NCBI GenBank assembly: GCA_030826765.1
Contig: JAUUDM010000025.1
Coordinates: 5,365-69,364, forward strand
Reading direction: 5' to 3'
Length of the DNA stretch: 64,000 nt
DNA from: Nautiliales bacterium
GTDB lineage: Bacteria > Campylobacterota > Campylobacteria > Campylobacterales > JAADDX01
Below, one piece after another: positions 33,820 to 44,553 of the stretch. The position numbers were made by a program, and so were the translations under genes. The first letter of the stretch is position 1; every line of letters begins with the position of its first letter. The notes under the pieces were generated by a model, which made no database searches, had not been told where the DNA came from, and saw nothing but the letters and a program-made list of their open reading frames with translations.

Positions 33820-34977
33820 ATGTTATCACAAAGAGTTCAAAAATTAAGTGAATCATTAACAATAGCAATTTCACAAAAAGCAAGAGAGCTAAAAGCGGAA
33901 GGAAAAAATGTTTTAGCATTTAGTGCAGGTGAGCCTGACTTTGATACTCCAGATATTATAAAAGAAGCTGCTATAAATGCACTTAATGAAGGTTTTACAA
34001 AATATACAGCAGTAGCTGGGATTCCAGAATTATTACAAGCAATTCAAACAAAACTAAAAAGAGATAATAATTTAGATTACGAAACAAATGAAATAATTGC
34101 AAGTAATGGAGCTAAACAATCATTATTTAATATCTTTGCATCACTTTTAGATAAAGATGATGAAGTTATAATCCCTGCACCTTTTTGGGTAACTTATCCT
34201 GAACTTGTAAAATATCACGATGGAAAACCGGTAATTATCGAAACATTTGAAGATAGTGGATTCAAAATTACTGCTGATATGCTAAAAAAAGAAATTACAC
34301 CTAAAACAAAAATTTTACTTTTAACAACTCCATCAAACCCGACTGGTTCAGTTTATTCAAAAGAAGAACTTGAAAGATTAGCAGAAGTTTTAAAAGATAC
34401 AAATATTTTAGTAATCAGTGATGAAATGTATGAAAAACTTGTATATGATACTGAATTTACAGCAGTTGCAAGTATTAGTGAAGATATGCTAAAAAGAACA
34501 ATTACAGTTAATGGACTTAGTAAAAGTGTAGCAATGACAGGTTGGAGATTTGGATACTGTGCTTCAAAAATACCAGAACTAAATAAAGCTATGATAAAAC
34601 TTCAAAGTCAATCAACTTCAAATATAAATTCAATTACACAAAAAGCAGCAATTCCTGCACTTTTAGGTAAAGCAGATAAAGAAATTGAAATGATGAGAAA
34701 AGAGTTTCAAAAAAGAAGAGATTATGTTTTTGAAGAATTTAATAAAATCAAAGGACTAAGTGCTGCAAAACCAACTGGTGCATTTTATATATTTGTAAAT
34801 CACAAAGAGATATCAAATGATAGTATGGATTTTGCTCTTAGATTACTTGATGAAACTGGTGTGGCAGTAGTCCCAGGTGTTGGGTTTGGGAGTGAAGGAT
34901 ATTTTAGATTCAGTTTTGCTACATCTATGGAAAATCTCAAAGAAGGTATCAAAAGAATAAAAGAGTTTGTAAAATGA
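33820..34977 (+). CDS. aspartate/aromatic aminotransferase, class I PLP enzyme
   Basis: 385 aa with SAGEPDFDTP, TPSNPTG and the PLP-lysine block LSKSVAMTGWRFGY. Confidence 0.9.
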   Translation: MLSQRVQKLSESLTIAISQKARELKAEGKNVLAFSAGEPDFDTPDIIKEAAINALNEGFTKYTAVAGIPELLQAIQTKLKRDNNLDYETNEIIASNGAKQSLFNIFASLLDKDDEVIIPAPFWVTYPELVKYHDGKPVIIETFEDSGFKITADMLKKEITPKTKILLLTTPSNPTGSVYSKEELERLAEVLKDTNILVISDEMYEKLVYDTEFTAVASISEDMLKRTITVNGLSKSVAMTGWRFGYCASKIPELNKAMIKLQSQSTSNINSITQKAAIPALLGKADKEIEMMRKEFQKRRDYVFEEFNKIKGLSAAKPTGAFYIFVNHKEISNDSMDFALRLLDETGVAVVPGVGFGSEGYFRFSFATSMENLKEGIKRIKEFVK

Positions 34978-35255
34978 TTAAACATATAGTTTTATTTAAA
35001 GTAAATGATAAAAGTAAAATTGAAGAAGCTAAAAAATTAATTTTAAATTTAAAAAATGAAATAAAAGAGATTATTGATATTGAAGTTTTCTCTGATATTG
35101 GATATGATAAAAGTGCAAGTGATTTTGGATTAATTACAACACTTAAAACAAAAGAAGATTTAGATATTTATGCTAAACACCCTAAACATTTAGAAGTTAT
35201 AAATTTCATTAAAACAATAGCAATCGAAAGAAGAGCTATTGATTATCAAATATAA
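34974..35255 (+). CDS. Dabb (stress-responsive alpha/beta barrel) domain protein
   Basis: 93 aa with MIKHIVLFKV... and HPKHLEV, typical of Dabb. Confidence 0.75.
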   Translation: MIKHIVLFKVNDKSKIEEAKKLILNLKNEIKEIIDIEVFSDIGYDKSASDFGLITTLKTKEDLDIYAKHPKHLEVINFIKTIAIERRAIDYQI

Positions 35256-35264
35256 GGAGACAAA

Positions 35265-36638
35265 ATGACAAATTTAACAAAAGTATTAATTGGAGCTGGA
35301 ATTGTAGGAGCTGGAATTATAGCCACTCCTATAATTTATAATAATCAAATCAATAAATTTATAGCCCAAGAAAAAACTGATTTACAAGCACAAAATATAG
35401 AATTAAAAGAAAACAAAAACAGTGATACATTTTTTAAAGCAAAAAGAGAATATATTGTAACTATAAAAGATGTAACTCCTATTATACAAGAATTATATCC
35501 TCAAATAGATTTTGATACTTTAAAAGATTTAAAAGAAGCGTTTGATAATACCAGATTTTTAGTTACATTAAATCTGTTAAAATTCCCAGTTTATCACAAA
35601 GATGCCATAAAAATTGATTTATACTCTTTAAATGAAAATTCAACAAAAGAATTATCAAATGATAAAACAGGTAAACAACTTCTTGAAGCTATTAAAAATA
35701 GAGCTTTTCAAGCAATTCTAGATATAAATAATTTAGAAATAAGTAAAGCTAGACTTAAAGATATTGATTTAACATTAGATAATAGCATAAATAATAGACT
35801 AGAAAAATTTAATATAAAAATAAAAAATAGTATTTTAGATGTAGAAAACAATGATTTAAAAATATCTAAAATAGCAACAACTTATACTAAAAAATCTGAA
35901 TATAGCAATGAAACAATGAATTTTAATATAAATGATATAAATGAAAAAATAAAACAACAAGATTTATTAAATTATTCTTCAATCTTAAAAGTTTCATCTG
36001 TTAATTTTGATAGAAAATCTAAATATAGTAATGCAAATTTTAGTATAAAAGATCTTCTAACTACAAATACTACAAAGACTATTGCAAATAAAACTTCAAT
36101 TAATAATAAAATAGATATAAAAAGTATCAAATTTAATGCAGATAATAACTACATTAATATAGATAAATTTGTATATAATTTTAATCTATTAAGTTTGGAT
36201 TCTCCAACACTTAAACAAATAATTGATATGGTAAACTCAAATAATTTAAATGATACTCAAAAATTAACTCAAAATTTTAATCAATTAATTCAAAAAGGAT
36301 TTAAAGTTTCAATTTCTCCTCTATCTATAAATGGAATTAAAGGAATGATAAATAATAAAAATTTTGATATAAAACCTATTGAACTAAATCTTGATGCTAC
36401 ATTATTACCAAATAATTATACGTTAGAAAGTAATAATCCAGCATTTTTATCAAATGAAATAAATGCTAAATTAAAAGTTCAGACTTCTCCAGATAATATA
36501 GATTTATTAAATAAAATCAATCCTCAAGTGGGTATGATGATAAACTTGATTTCGAAAAAAGTAAATAATAAAATTTTAATAAATATAGAATATCAAAATG
36601 GAAAACTTACATCAAATGGAAAGCCTCTTATTCAATGA
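35265..36638 (+). CDS. membrane-anchored Asn/Lys-rich protein, possibly YdgA/DUF945-like
   Basis: 457 aa with a single N-terminal TM (VLIGAGIVGAGIIATPII) and a long low-complexity periplasmic part. The family call is weak. Confidence 0.6.
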   Translation: MTNLTKVLIGAGIVGAGIIATPIIYNNQINKFIAQEKTDLQAQNIELKENKNSDTFFKAKREYIVTIKDVTPIIQELYPQIDFDTLKDLKEAFDNTRFLVTLNLLKFPVYHKDAIKIDLYSLNENSTKELSNDKTGKQLLEAIKNRAFQAILDINNLEISKARLKDIDLTLDNSINNRLEKFNIKIKNSILDVENNDLKISKIATTYTKKSEYSNETMNFNINDINEKIKQQDLLNYSSILKVSSVNFDRKSKYSNANFSIKDLLTTNTTKTIANKTSINNKIDIKSIKFNADNNYINIDKFVYNFNLLSLDSPTLKQIIDMVNSNNLNDTQKLTQNFNQLIQKGFKVSISPLSINGIKGMINNKNFDIKPIELNLDATLLPNNYTLESNNPAFLSNEINAKLKVQTSPDNIDLLNKINPQVGMMINLISKKVNNKILINIEYQNGKLTSNGKPLIQ

Positions 36639-37678
36639 ATAGAAGAAAATTTCTAAAAAACTCTGCGATTATAACTAGCTTAATACCCTCTTTGGGTTTT
36701 GCTAAATCTACTAATAGAAATCATTTTATAATGCCACCTAAACCTTTTGAATATTTTATTAAAGAAGGTAAAATTAAAGGTGGTAAAATTTTAATTATTG
36801 GTGGAATTCACGGAAACGAACCAGGTGGATATAAAGCCAGTGATATTTTAATAAATACAGAGATAAAAAAAGGAATTGTAGCAATACTTCCAAGAAGTAA
36901 TCCAGAATCAATTTTTACTTTCAAAAGAGGCTATAATGGTGATATGAATAGAAAATTTGCCTCTATTTCAAAAAAAGATGCAGATTATTATAAAGTTAAT
37001 TCAATAAAAAATTTTATATCTGATTTCAAACCAGATGTAATTCTATCACTTCATGATGGATATGGATATTATAATAAACATAACAATCAATGGGGTGAAA
37101 GTATAGTAATAGATGAAAAAATTTATAATAATATCCCTTTGTTTCAAACAGCATCTTTTGTAAGTAATTATTTAAAAAAAGAGGGTTTTAATATCCCTAT
37201 TCACAATACTAAAACAAGTGAAAAAAATTCTCACCATAAAGAACAAAGAATGTCTTTAACTTATTATGCATTAACTCATCATAATATACCTGCATTTTGT
37301 ATTGAAGGAAGCAAACAAAGCTCACTAAAAAGAACTACAACTATTCATCTTTTAGCTATAAAAAAGTTTTTTGAATTATATAATATAGAAATTAATCCTT
37401 CATTTGAATATTTAATTTCAAATTTAGATAAACTTCTTGAACCTAAAAAAACAAAAATTATTGCTTATATAAATAACAATAAAAAACTTATCTCCAAAAG
37501 TGAAATTATAAAAGTACCTAAAAATAGTGAAATAAAATTCGAAGTTTCAAATAATAGAGGTGGAGGAGTCATTCCTAAACATGTTAATATTAATTATCAC
37601 TCATTCTTTTATAGATACAACTTAGATTTTATTGTCAAAAATGACAATATTTCTGAATATTTATTTAAAATTATATAA
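36635..37678 (+). CDS. Tat-signal M14-family zinc carboxypeptidase-like protein (Csd4/Pgp1-type candidate)
   Basis: 347 aa. Twin-arginine motif NRRKFLK followed by an h-region and GFA. Zinc motif ILIIGGIHGNEPGG with a later LHDG. A beta-rich C-terminal domain. Confidence 0.7.
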   Translation: MNRRKFLKNSAIITSLIPSLGFAKSTNRNHFIMPPKPFEYFIKEGKIKGGKILIIGGIHGNEPGGYKASDILINTEIKKGIVAILPRSNPESIFTFKRGYNGDMNRKFASISKKDADYYKVNSIKNFISDFKPDVILSLHDGYGYYNKHNNQWGESIVIDEKIYNNIPLFQTASFVSNYLKKEGFNIPIHNTKTSEKNSHHKEQRMSLTYYALTHHNIPAFCIEGSKQSSLKRTTTIHLLAIKKFFELYNIEINPSFEYLISNLDKLLEPKKTKIIAYINNNKKLISKSEIIKVPKNSEIKFEVSNNRGGGVIPKHVNINYHSFFYRYNLDFIVKNDNISEYLFKII

Positions 37679-37687
37679 AGGATAAAT

Positions 37688-39391
37688 TTGAGAAAATTTT
37701 TTAAATACTATTCAAAGTATTACAAAGATTATAAACTAAAATTTTTTTATGCTTTCATAGGAATGATTTTAGTAGCCGTAGCAAGTAGTGCAACAGCTTA
37801 TCTAATAAAACCTGTTTTAGATAAAATTTTTATAGAACATAATGAAAAAATGCTATATATTTTACCATTTTTAATAATTTTGGCATATTTTGCAAAAGGA
37901 ATTGGTAGTTTTATAGAGAGTTATTTTATAAGCTATATAGGTCTTGATATTGTTAGAAGAATTAGAGATGAAATGCTAGAACATATTCTTAATCTAGATT
38001 TACAATTTTATTTTAAATATCACACAGGAGAATTGATTAGCCGTCTTGTAAATGATATTGATAGAATAAAAAATGCAGTTTCATCCCAAATAGCATCATT
38101 AATAAGAGAATCTCTTACAGCTATAGGATTATTAACTGTTGTAATATATCAAAGTCCAAAATTAGCTTTTTTTTCTCTGATTATTTTACCTATTGTTATA
38201 TATCCTGTATCAATTCTAACTAAAAAAATGAAAAAAATATCTCATAAAACTCAAGAAAAAAATTCTGATATAAATTCACATTTAAGTGAAGTTTTTTCAA
38301 ATATAGAAGGGATTAAATCTTACAATACTGAAACTTATGAACTTGATAAGTTTAAAAAATATAATTATGAATTTTTTAGAATTAATATGAAAAGTGTTGT
38401 AAATTCAAATCTTTTAACTCCAATTATGGAAGCATTTTCAGCCTCTGCTGCTGCTATCGTTATTTTTGTAGGAGGAAGAGAAGTGATATCTGGTGGAATG
38501 AGCGTTGGTACATTTTTTTCTTTTATGACAGCTTTATTTATGCTAACTGACCCTATTAGAAAAATTTCTCAAATTATAAACAAATTTCAAGATGCTATTG
38601 CGGCACATGAAAGAGTATTACAACTAATGAATATAAAACCAACTATCAAATATGGAGATGTAAAAATTAATAATATAAATAATATCAAATTTAAAAATGT
38701 ATACTTAGAGTATGATGGTAAATTAGCTCTTAAAAATATAAATTTTGAAGCTAAAAAAGGTGAAATAATAGGTCTTGTAGGAGATAGTGGTGGTGGAAAA
38801 AGTTCATTTATAAATCTACTTTTGAGATTTTATAATCCTACAAAAGGTGAAATTTTAATAAATAATATAGCTAATTATAAAATAGATTTAGAAAGCTTAA
38901 GAAAAAATATTGCAGTTGTAACACAAAGAGTTTATATTTTTAGTGATTCAATTGCTGCAAATGTTGCATATGGTAAAAATATAGATGAAGAAAAAGTAAA
39001 ACTTGCACTAAAAAAAGCAAATTTATCAGAATTTGTAGAAAGTTTAGAAAATGGAATATGGACACAACTAAATGAAAATGGAACAAATTTAAGTGGAGGA
39101 CAAAGACAAAGAATAGCAATAGCAAGAGCTTTATACCTTAATCCAAGTGTTTTAATACTTGATGAAGCAACAAGTGCTCTTGATAATAAAAGTGAATTAG
39201 CAATTATGCAAACTATCCACAATATTTCAAATGAATTAATTGTATTTATTATAGCTCATAGATTAAATACTGTAGAAAAAAGTAATAAAATTTTAGTGTT
39301 TAAAGAAGGGAAAATAGTTTGTGAAGATAATAAAGAAAATTTAATAAAAAATTGTAAAGAATTTCAACAACTTTATAATATAAATAGTTAA
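37688..39391 (+). CDS. msbA: ABC exporter, fused permease/ATPase (MsbA-like lipid A flippase)
   Basis: 567 aa with six N-terminal TM helices, Walker A GDSGGGKSS, signature LSGGQRQRIAIARAL and Walker B ILDEATSALD. TTG start. Confidence 0.8.
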   Translation: MRKFFKYYSKYYKDYKLKFFYAFIGMILVAVASSATAYLIKPVLDKIFIEHNEKMLYILPFLIILAYFAKGIGSFIESYFISYIGLDIVRRIRDEMLEHILNLDLQFYFKYHTGELISRLVNDIDRIKNAVSSQIASLIRESLTAIGLLTVVIYQSPKLAFFSLIILPIVIYPVSILTKKMKKISHKTQEKNSDINSHLSEVFSNIEGIKSYNTETYELDKFKKYNYEFFRINMKSVVNSNLLTPIMEAFSASAAAIVIFVGGREVISGGMSVGTFFSFMTALFMLTDPIRKISQIINKFQDAIAAHERVLQLMNIKPTIKYGDVKINNINNIKFKNVYLEYDGKLALKNINFEAKKGEIIGLVGDSGGGKSSFINLLLRFYNPTKGEILINNIANYKIDLESLRKNIAVVTQRVYIFSDSIAANVAYGKNIDEEKVKLALKKANLSEFVESLENGIWTQLNENGTNLSGGQRQRIAIARALYLNPSVLILDEATSALDNKSELAIMQTIHNISNELIVFIIAHRLNTVEKSNKILVFKEGKIVCEDNKENLIKNCKEFQQLYNINS

Positions 39392-39807
39392 ATCAAAATC
39401 CCTGAATTTGGAAGTTTTTTACTTCTATCTTTGGCAAAAACTCTTTTTCCATCTATAATATCGTATTTCCAAATAGGAGCATTAGCTTTGAAATCTTCTA
39501 CAAACTCTTCAACTAATTGAAATTCTCTATGTTTAGAATAAACTCCACACATAAATGAAGTCTCCCCTACTAAAACATCTCCAATTGAGTGCGCCATCAA
39601 AACTTTATCACTCCATTTCTCAAACCAAGCTTCAAGCATCGGTTCATAAATGTCAAAACTAAGTCCTGTAGCTTTATTATCATCTCTTACAATTCCAACA
39701 AAAGTAAGCAACATTCCACCCCGTTTTAACTTATACCATTTTGAAAAAATTTCTTTAACTGGCAATCCACCATTATAAAGTTCTAAATTTTTCATCTTAA
39801 CCACCAC
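39388..39807 (-). CDS. moaE: molybdopterin synthase catalytic subunit
   Basis: 139 aa. Follows moaD with overlap and has a MoaE-like C-terminus (APIWKYDII). The start may be the ATG four codons in. Confidence 0.85.
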   Translation of the reverse strand: MVVKMKNLELYNGGLPVKEIFSKWYKLKRGGMLLTFVGIVRDDNKATGLSFDIYEPMLEAWFEKWSDKVLMAHSIGDVLVGETSFMCGVYSKHREFQLVEEFVEDFKANAPIWKYDIIDGKRVFAKDRSKKLPNSGILI

Positions 39808-40015
39808 ATACCGGAGGAAGTAAACTAATTACATCTCCATCTTTTATATTTTCTAAACTATTTACAATTTTATCATTTACAGCAACTGCTATACTTTCTA
39901 ACCACTCTTCCTCTACTTCTTTTTTTAAAATTTCTTTTAATTCATTATAATCTTTTATTTCTATAATTTTATCTTCTTTTGCTATCGGTCCTAAAAATTT
40001 AACTTTAACTTTCAA
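39797..40015 (-). CDS. moaD: molybdopterin synthase sulfur carrier subunit
   Basis: 72 aa with a ubiquitin-like pattern, ending in the diagnostic PPVCGG. Confidence 0.88.
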   Translation of the reverse strand: MKVKVKFLGPIAKEDKIIEIKDYNELKEILKKEVEEEWLESIAVAVNDKIVNSLENIKDGDVISLLPPVCGG

Positions 40016-40853
40016 TTATCTTACCTTTTCCGCTATTTTTAGCTATATAAAGATTTTTATCAGCTAATTTAATAACTTCATCTAAATCTTTACTATCATC
40101 AGGGTAAAAAGATACCCCCACACTTATTCCAATTTTTCCGAATATTTCATCTTCAATATTATCTATTTTATTAAAAGTCCTATTTGCTATTTTTAATACT
40201 ATATCTTTTTCTTGATTAAATACCATAACAAGAAATTCATCTCCACCATATCTAAAAGCAAAATCAATATCTCTAATACTTGATTTTATTTGATTAGCAA
40301 CTTGTTTTATTACCTCATCACCAATATTATGTCCAAAATTATCATTAAAATGTTTAAAATTATCTATATCAATAAAAATTATACCTATTCTTGTATTAGT
40401 CCCTTTATATCTTGCCTTGATAGTATCTAAAGATCGTTGATTATAAAGACCAGTCATTTCATCTTTTAAAGCAAATTCTACAAATTTCATTACTAAATTT
40501 TTACTATGTAATTCACCTACCACTTTTTCATTATCATCTACAACAATTAAATGTTCAATTGCAGCACCTCTCATAATTTTATATGCTTCATAAATGTCTT
40601 GATTGATATTAATAGTAAATATTTTTTTGGGAAATTCTTCTATAATTTCTTTTAATGTTTTATCTTCATAACCTTTAAAAAATAAAAATATTAAATCCGT
40701 TTGAGTTATAATATATACCGCTTTTTCATTTTTAGTTATTATGAAACTATCTGTATTTTGATCTAAAAACATACTTGCAATTTCCAATACAGAAAAATCT
40801 TTTTCCACATCAATAGTATGTATAGTATTTAGTGAATAATCTTTAACTTTCAT
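40005..40853 (-). CDS. CBS-pair / GGDEF diguanylate cyclase
   Basis: 282 aa with an N-terminal CBS-like pair and a C-terminal GGDEF domain (RYGGDEFLV; DIDNFKHFNDNFGHNIGD). Confidence 0.85.
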   Translation of the reverse strand: MKVKDYSLNTIHTIDVEKDFSVLEIASMFLDQNTDSFIITKNEKAVYIITQTDLIFLFFKGYEDKTLKEIIEEFPKKIFTININQDIYEAYKIMRGAAIEHLIVVDDNEKVVGELHSKNLVMKFVEFALKDEMTGLYNQRSLDTIKARYKGTNTRIGIIFIDIDNFKHFNDNFGHNIGDEVIKQVANQIKSSIRDIDFAFRYGGDEFLVMVFNQEKDIVLKIANRTFNKIDNIEDEIFGKIGISVGVSFYPDDSKDLDEVIKLADKNLYIAKNSGKGKIIES

Positions 40854-41922
40854 TATTATACACTTTTCTTATATTATCCATAGTTCTTGTCATATTCAAA
40901 AGTAACATATCTACAATCACAACTGCACTCATACTTTCAGCGACAATACTACCTCTAACTGCTACAATTGGGTCATGTCTTCCTTGAAGTGAAAAATCTT
41001 TTTCTTCTCCAAATTTATCAATTGTTTTTTGTTCTTGAAAAATAGAAGGAGTCGGTTTAAAATAGACTTCAAACTCTACATCATCACCATTGCTAATTCC
41101 ACCTAAAATACCACCACTATTATTACTTAAAAACTTATCTTTTGTTATTTCATCATTATTTTCTTTTCCAGTTAATGTGTGTGATTCACTATTTCCAATA
41201 TAAATACCTTTTACTGCATTTATACTAACCATTGCACTCGCTAAAATATTATCAAGTTTATAATAAATCGGTTCTCCTAATCCAACTGGAAGATTTGATA
41301 TTTTAACTTTTACAACTCCACCAAGAGAATTATGTTCTTTTCTTTTTGTATCAATCAACTCTTTCCAAGTCTCTTCTACTTCATTATCTAAGGCAAATAT
41401 TTCACTATTTTTAGCAAATTCAAAGTCTTCTTTTTTAGCTCTAACTCCACCTATTTCAATAACACCACTTTTGATTTCAATATTTAATTCATTCAAAATA
41501 AGTTTTGCAATAGCTCCAGCTGCAACTCTTGCCGCTGTTTCTCTTGCACTACTTCTTCCACCACCTCTATAATCTCTAATTCCATATTTATACCAATATG
41601 TATAATCAGCATGGCCTGGGCGAAATACATCTTTTATATTATCATAATCTCTACTTTTTTGATTATTATTAAAAATAACCATACTTATCGGAGTCCCTGT
41701 CGAAATTCCTTCAAAAACACCGCTTAAAATCTCAACTTTATCATCCTCTTTTCTTTGAGTAGCAAATCTATTTTTACCTGGCTTTCGCTTGTCCATTTCA
41801 TTTTGAATAAAATTTTCATCTATTTTAATACCTGCTGGAACTCCATCAATTACAACTCCAATAGCCTTCCCGTGACTTTCTCCAAAAGTAGTAAATTTAA
41901 ATATTTTTCCAAAACTATTCAT
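40843..41922 (-). CDS. aroC: chorismate synthase
   Basis: 359 aa with FGESHGKAIGVVIDG, GRSSARETA and RHDP motifs. Confidence 0.96.
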   Translation of the reverse strand: MNSFGKIFKFTTFGESHGKAIGVVIDGVPAGIKIDENFIQNEMDKRKPGKNRFATQRKEDDKVEILSGVFEGISTGTPISMVIFNNNQKSRDYDNIKDVFRPGHADYTYWYKYGIRDYRGGGRSSARETAARVAAGAIAKLILNELNIEIKSGVIEIGGVRAKKEDFEFAKNSEIFALDNEVEETWKELIDTKRKEHNSLGGVVKVKISNLPVGLGEPIYYKLDNILASAMVSINAVKGIYIGNSESHTLTGKENNDEITKDKFLSNNSGGILGGISNGDDVEFEVYFKPTPSIFQEQKTIDKFGEEKDFSLQGRHDPIVAVRGSIVAESMSAVVIVDMLLLNMTRTMDNIRKVYNNES

Positions 41923-42608
41923 AAATTAAGTTCCTTTTTTAATATTTCTATAGCTTCCTTAGCTGCATTTTGCTGAGCTACTTTTTTAGAATGCCCTTTT
42001 GCTGAAGAATAAACTTTATCGTTAATCACTACACCAATTTCAAACTCTTTTTTATGGTCAGGTCCTTTTGAACTTAATAATCTATATTCAGGAGTACAAC
42101 CAAAATGTGCCTGAGTAATTTCTTGAAGAGTAGTTTTATAATCTTTCAAAAGTTTTTCAGGATTAATTTCAGGAAAAGCTTTATGAATAAGCCCAAGCGA
42201 AATCTCTCTTACTTTCTCAAGTCCTGCTTCAAGATATAATGCCCCCATAACAGCTTCAAAAGCATTTGACAGAATAGAAGGTTTGATTCTTCCATTATTA
42301 TGCTCTTCTGCAGGAGAAAGATATATAAATTTACCTAAACATATTTCATTTGCTAATTTTGTAAAAGAAGCTTCATTTACCAAAGCAGCTCTAAGTTTTG
42401 ACAAAATTCCTTCTTCACTATTTGGAAATTCAAAAAACAAAAATTCCCCAACTACCAAATCCAAAACTGCATCACCTAAAAATTCTAATCTTTCATTGTT
42501 AATTTCTCTTGTATAACTTTTATGCGTAAGTGCCTCGGTTATTAGGTTTAAATCTTCAAACTCATAACCCAAACACTCAAAAAACTCATTCAAATTTTTA
42601 TTGTTCAT
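41919..42608 (-). CDS. rnc: ribonuclease III
   Basis: 229 aa with the signature NERLEFLGDAVLD and a C-terminal dsRBD. Confidence 0.96.
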   Translation of the reverse strand: MNNKNLNEFFECLGYEFEDLNLITEALTHKSYTREINNERLEFLGDAVLDLVVGEFLFFEFPNSEEGILSKLRAALVNEASFTKLANEICLGKFIYLSPAEEHNNGRIKPSILSNAFEAVMGALYLEAGLEKVREISLGLIHKAFPEINPEKLLKDYKTTLQEITQAHFGCTPEYRLLSSKGPDHKKEFEIGVVINDKVYSSAKGHSKKVAQQNAAKEAIEILKKELNL

Positions 42609-43389
42609 TTACCATCCTTTCATAATTTTTCGTTGCTATCTCTATAGTTTGTGGATTAAAATCTACAAAACTATTTAAAATAAAAAATTGCGGTTTTGAA
42701 ACTATTCTAAAAAGCTCTAAATGTACAGCAGCAGCTATTTTAATAACTTCATCATTATTACATTTTCCACATTCTATTTTTTTTATAAGATCTATATTTT
42801 TTTCATCTAATTCCCATTTTTCAGCTACAAGTGCAGCTAATGTAAAAATAGAATATCCAGTAAATCTTTTAAGAATTTTACCATAATTTAAATCACTATT
42901 CTCGATTACAAGCTCTACTTCTCTTTTTTTACTTCCTAAAAGTTCATCAATCAAACAAACAGTCACTGGAATTAAAGATAAAGCATCTGAGTATTTTTTA
43001 TAAGTAACTTCATCACTTTCTAAAACAACAGCTTCTTTACTACCAGATAAAAATGCACTTTGAAACTCTTCAAAATCTAAATTTGTAAAAATTTTCCACT
43101 CTTTTGGTTCTAGTAAACTAACCATATAACTAAATACTAAACTTCTTGCCATCTCAAGCCCAAGTGCTGAAAACATCTGTCTCGTATCAGTTAGTTTTTT
43201 AGTAAATCCAAAATAAGCACTATTTACTATTTTTGATATTTTTTGTTTTAATACAATATCTTGATCAGCTGAATCAGCTGCTTTTTGTAAATCTCCTGCT
43301 TTTAAAAAATTTATTGTATTTTTAACAGATTCTGGCATAGGTGGAAGTGAATCTATTTTGTGTATAATCTCATCTTTTGTGATTAACAT
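42598..43389 (-). CDS. HDOD domain signalling protein
   Basis: 263 aa. LPPMPESVKNTINFL..., then SAYFGF and LGLEMARSL blocks typical of HDOD. Confidence 0.75.
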   Translation of the reverse strand: MLITKDEIIHKIDSLPPMPESVKNTINFLKAGDLQKAADSADQDIVLKQKISKIVNSAYFGFTKKLTDTRQMFSALGLEMARSLVFSYMVSLLEPKEWKIFTNLDFEEFQSAFLSGSKEAVVLESDEVTYKKYSDALSLIPVTVCLIDELLGSKKREVELVIENSDLNYGKILKRFTGYSIFTLAALVAEKWELDEKNIDLIKKIECGKCNNDEVIKIAAAVHLELFRIVSKPQFFILNSFVDFNPQTIEIATKNYERMVNEQ

Positions 43390-43390
43390 T

Positions 43391-43813
43391 TTAATCCTTT
43401 AATTTTTCAGCTTCTTCTTTTGCAATTTTATCACAAATTTCATTTTCTGTATGACCTGAATGGCCTTTTACCCAATTTATATGAATTTTGTGTGGTTTTG
43501 AAACCTCAATATATTGTTTCCATAAATCAACATTTTTCACTTTTTTGAAATCTTTTTTAATCCAATTTTCTAACCACTCATTTAAACCTTTTAAAACATA
43601 AGTACTATCACTATACAATTCGATTTCACACGGTTCTTTTAAAGCTTCTAAAGCCTTTATAACTGCTGTAAGCTCCATCCTATTATTTGTAGTATTTGCC
43701 TCATTTCCACTCAAAATTTTTTCGTGCTCACCATATCGTAAAATCGCACACCATCCACCATTACCAGGATTTCCTAAACAGCTTCCATCTGTAAAAATTT
43801 CTATTTTTTTCAT
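43391..43813 (-). CDS. rnhA: ribonuclease HI
   Basis: 140 aa with [21 protein letters not shown] and WVKGHSGH motifs. Confidence 0.95.
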   Translation of the reverse strand: MKKIEIFTDGSCLGNPGNGGWCAILRYGEHEKILSGNEANTTNNRMELTAVIKALEALKEPCEIELYSDSTYVLKGLNEWLENWIKKDFKKVKNVDLWKQYIEVSKPHKIHINWVKGHSGHTENEICDKIAKEEAEKLKD

Positions 43814-44553
43814 TTAAATTCCACTTTTACAATCTCAGAACAAACTGGATAATGCCCTACTAATTTCACTTTATAACTTGTTACAAATTTACTATCAGCA
43901 ACTTTTTCAATATAAGCTATTTTAAAATCACTAAGTTTTGAATTTATATAAACTTTTTTATTCTTAATAGAATTAATTTTATTAATTGGAACATAAATAT
44001 ATAATTTATTTTGACTTAAATCCATAGTTTTTGCTATAAGTGAGCCAAAATTTAAATAATCTCCTTTATGCACATCAATTTCATAAATATAATTTTTAAA
44101 ACTTATATTTTTTTTAGAGATTGTATCTTTTAAAGTGGCAATTTGTGCCTCTAAATTTGAAATAGAATTTTTTGTTTGATTATAAGCAATCACACTATTT
44201 GAATAATCATAAAATTTTAAATCTTTATCATAAGTTGATTTTGATTTTAACTTTTTATAAGTTTTATAAGTATCTTTTTTTCTAAGCATAGTTTCTTTTT
44301 GAACTTTCAAAATCTCTTTTAAGTTTTTTACTTGATTTTGATAATTTTTTAAATTAACATCATCTTTGTAACTATCAACCTTAATAACTACACCTTTATA
44401 ATTTGTAGAAACCGCACTTCTATTAACATCTATAACTTTCCCAGTTATATCAGATTTAATCGTATAACTATTTATTGGCTCCACTTTTGCATAATAACCA
44501 AAAGAAAAGGTAACTATTAAACTACTTATTAAAATTTTATATATCAAATGCAC
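43810..44553 (-). CDS. HlyD-like periplasmic adaptor-type protein (barrel-sandwich plus coiled coil)
   Basis: 247 aa. N-terminal TM, then [12 protein letters not shown], a central coiled coil, and a late [15 protein letters not shown] beta segment. It overlaps the ABC ATPase gene by 17 nt. Confidence 0.55.
   Translation of the reverse strand: MHLIYKILISSLIVTFSFGYYAKVEPINSYTIKSDITGKVIDVNRSAVSTNYKGVVIKVDSYKDDVNLKNYQNQVKNLKEILKVQKETMLRKKDTYKTYKKLKSKSTYDKDLKFYDYSNSVIAYNQTKNSISNLEAQIATLKDTISKKNISFKNYIYEIDVHKGDYLNFGSLIAKTMDLSQNKLYIYVPINKINSIKNKKVYINSKLSDFKIAYIEKVADSKFVTSYKVKLVGHYPVCSEIVKVEFK

Noticed and set aside
35265-36638. Asn/Lys/Ile-rich, repeat-looking coding region considered as a possible repeat element or pseudogene.
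   Set aside because: It is a continuous 457-codon ORF with an SD and an N-terminal TM helix. The low complexity is consistent with AT-biased surface or periplasmic proteins.
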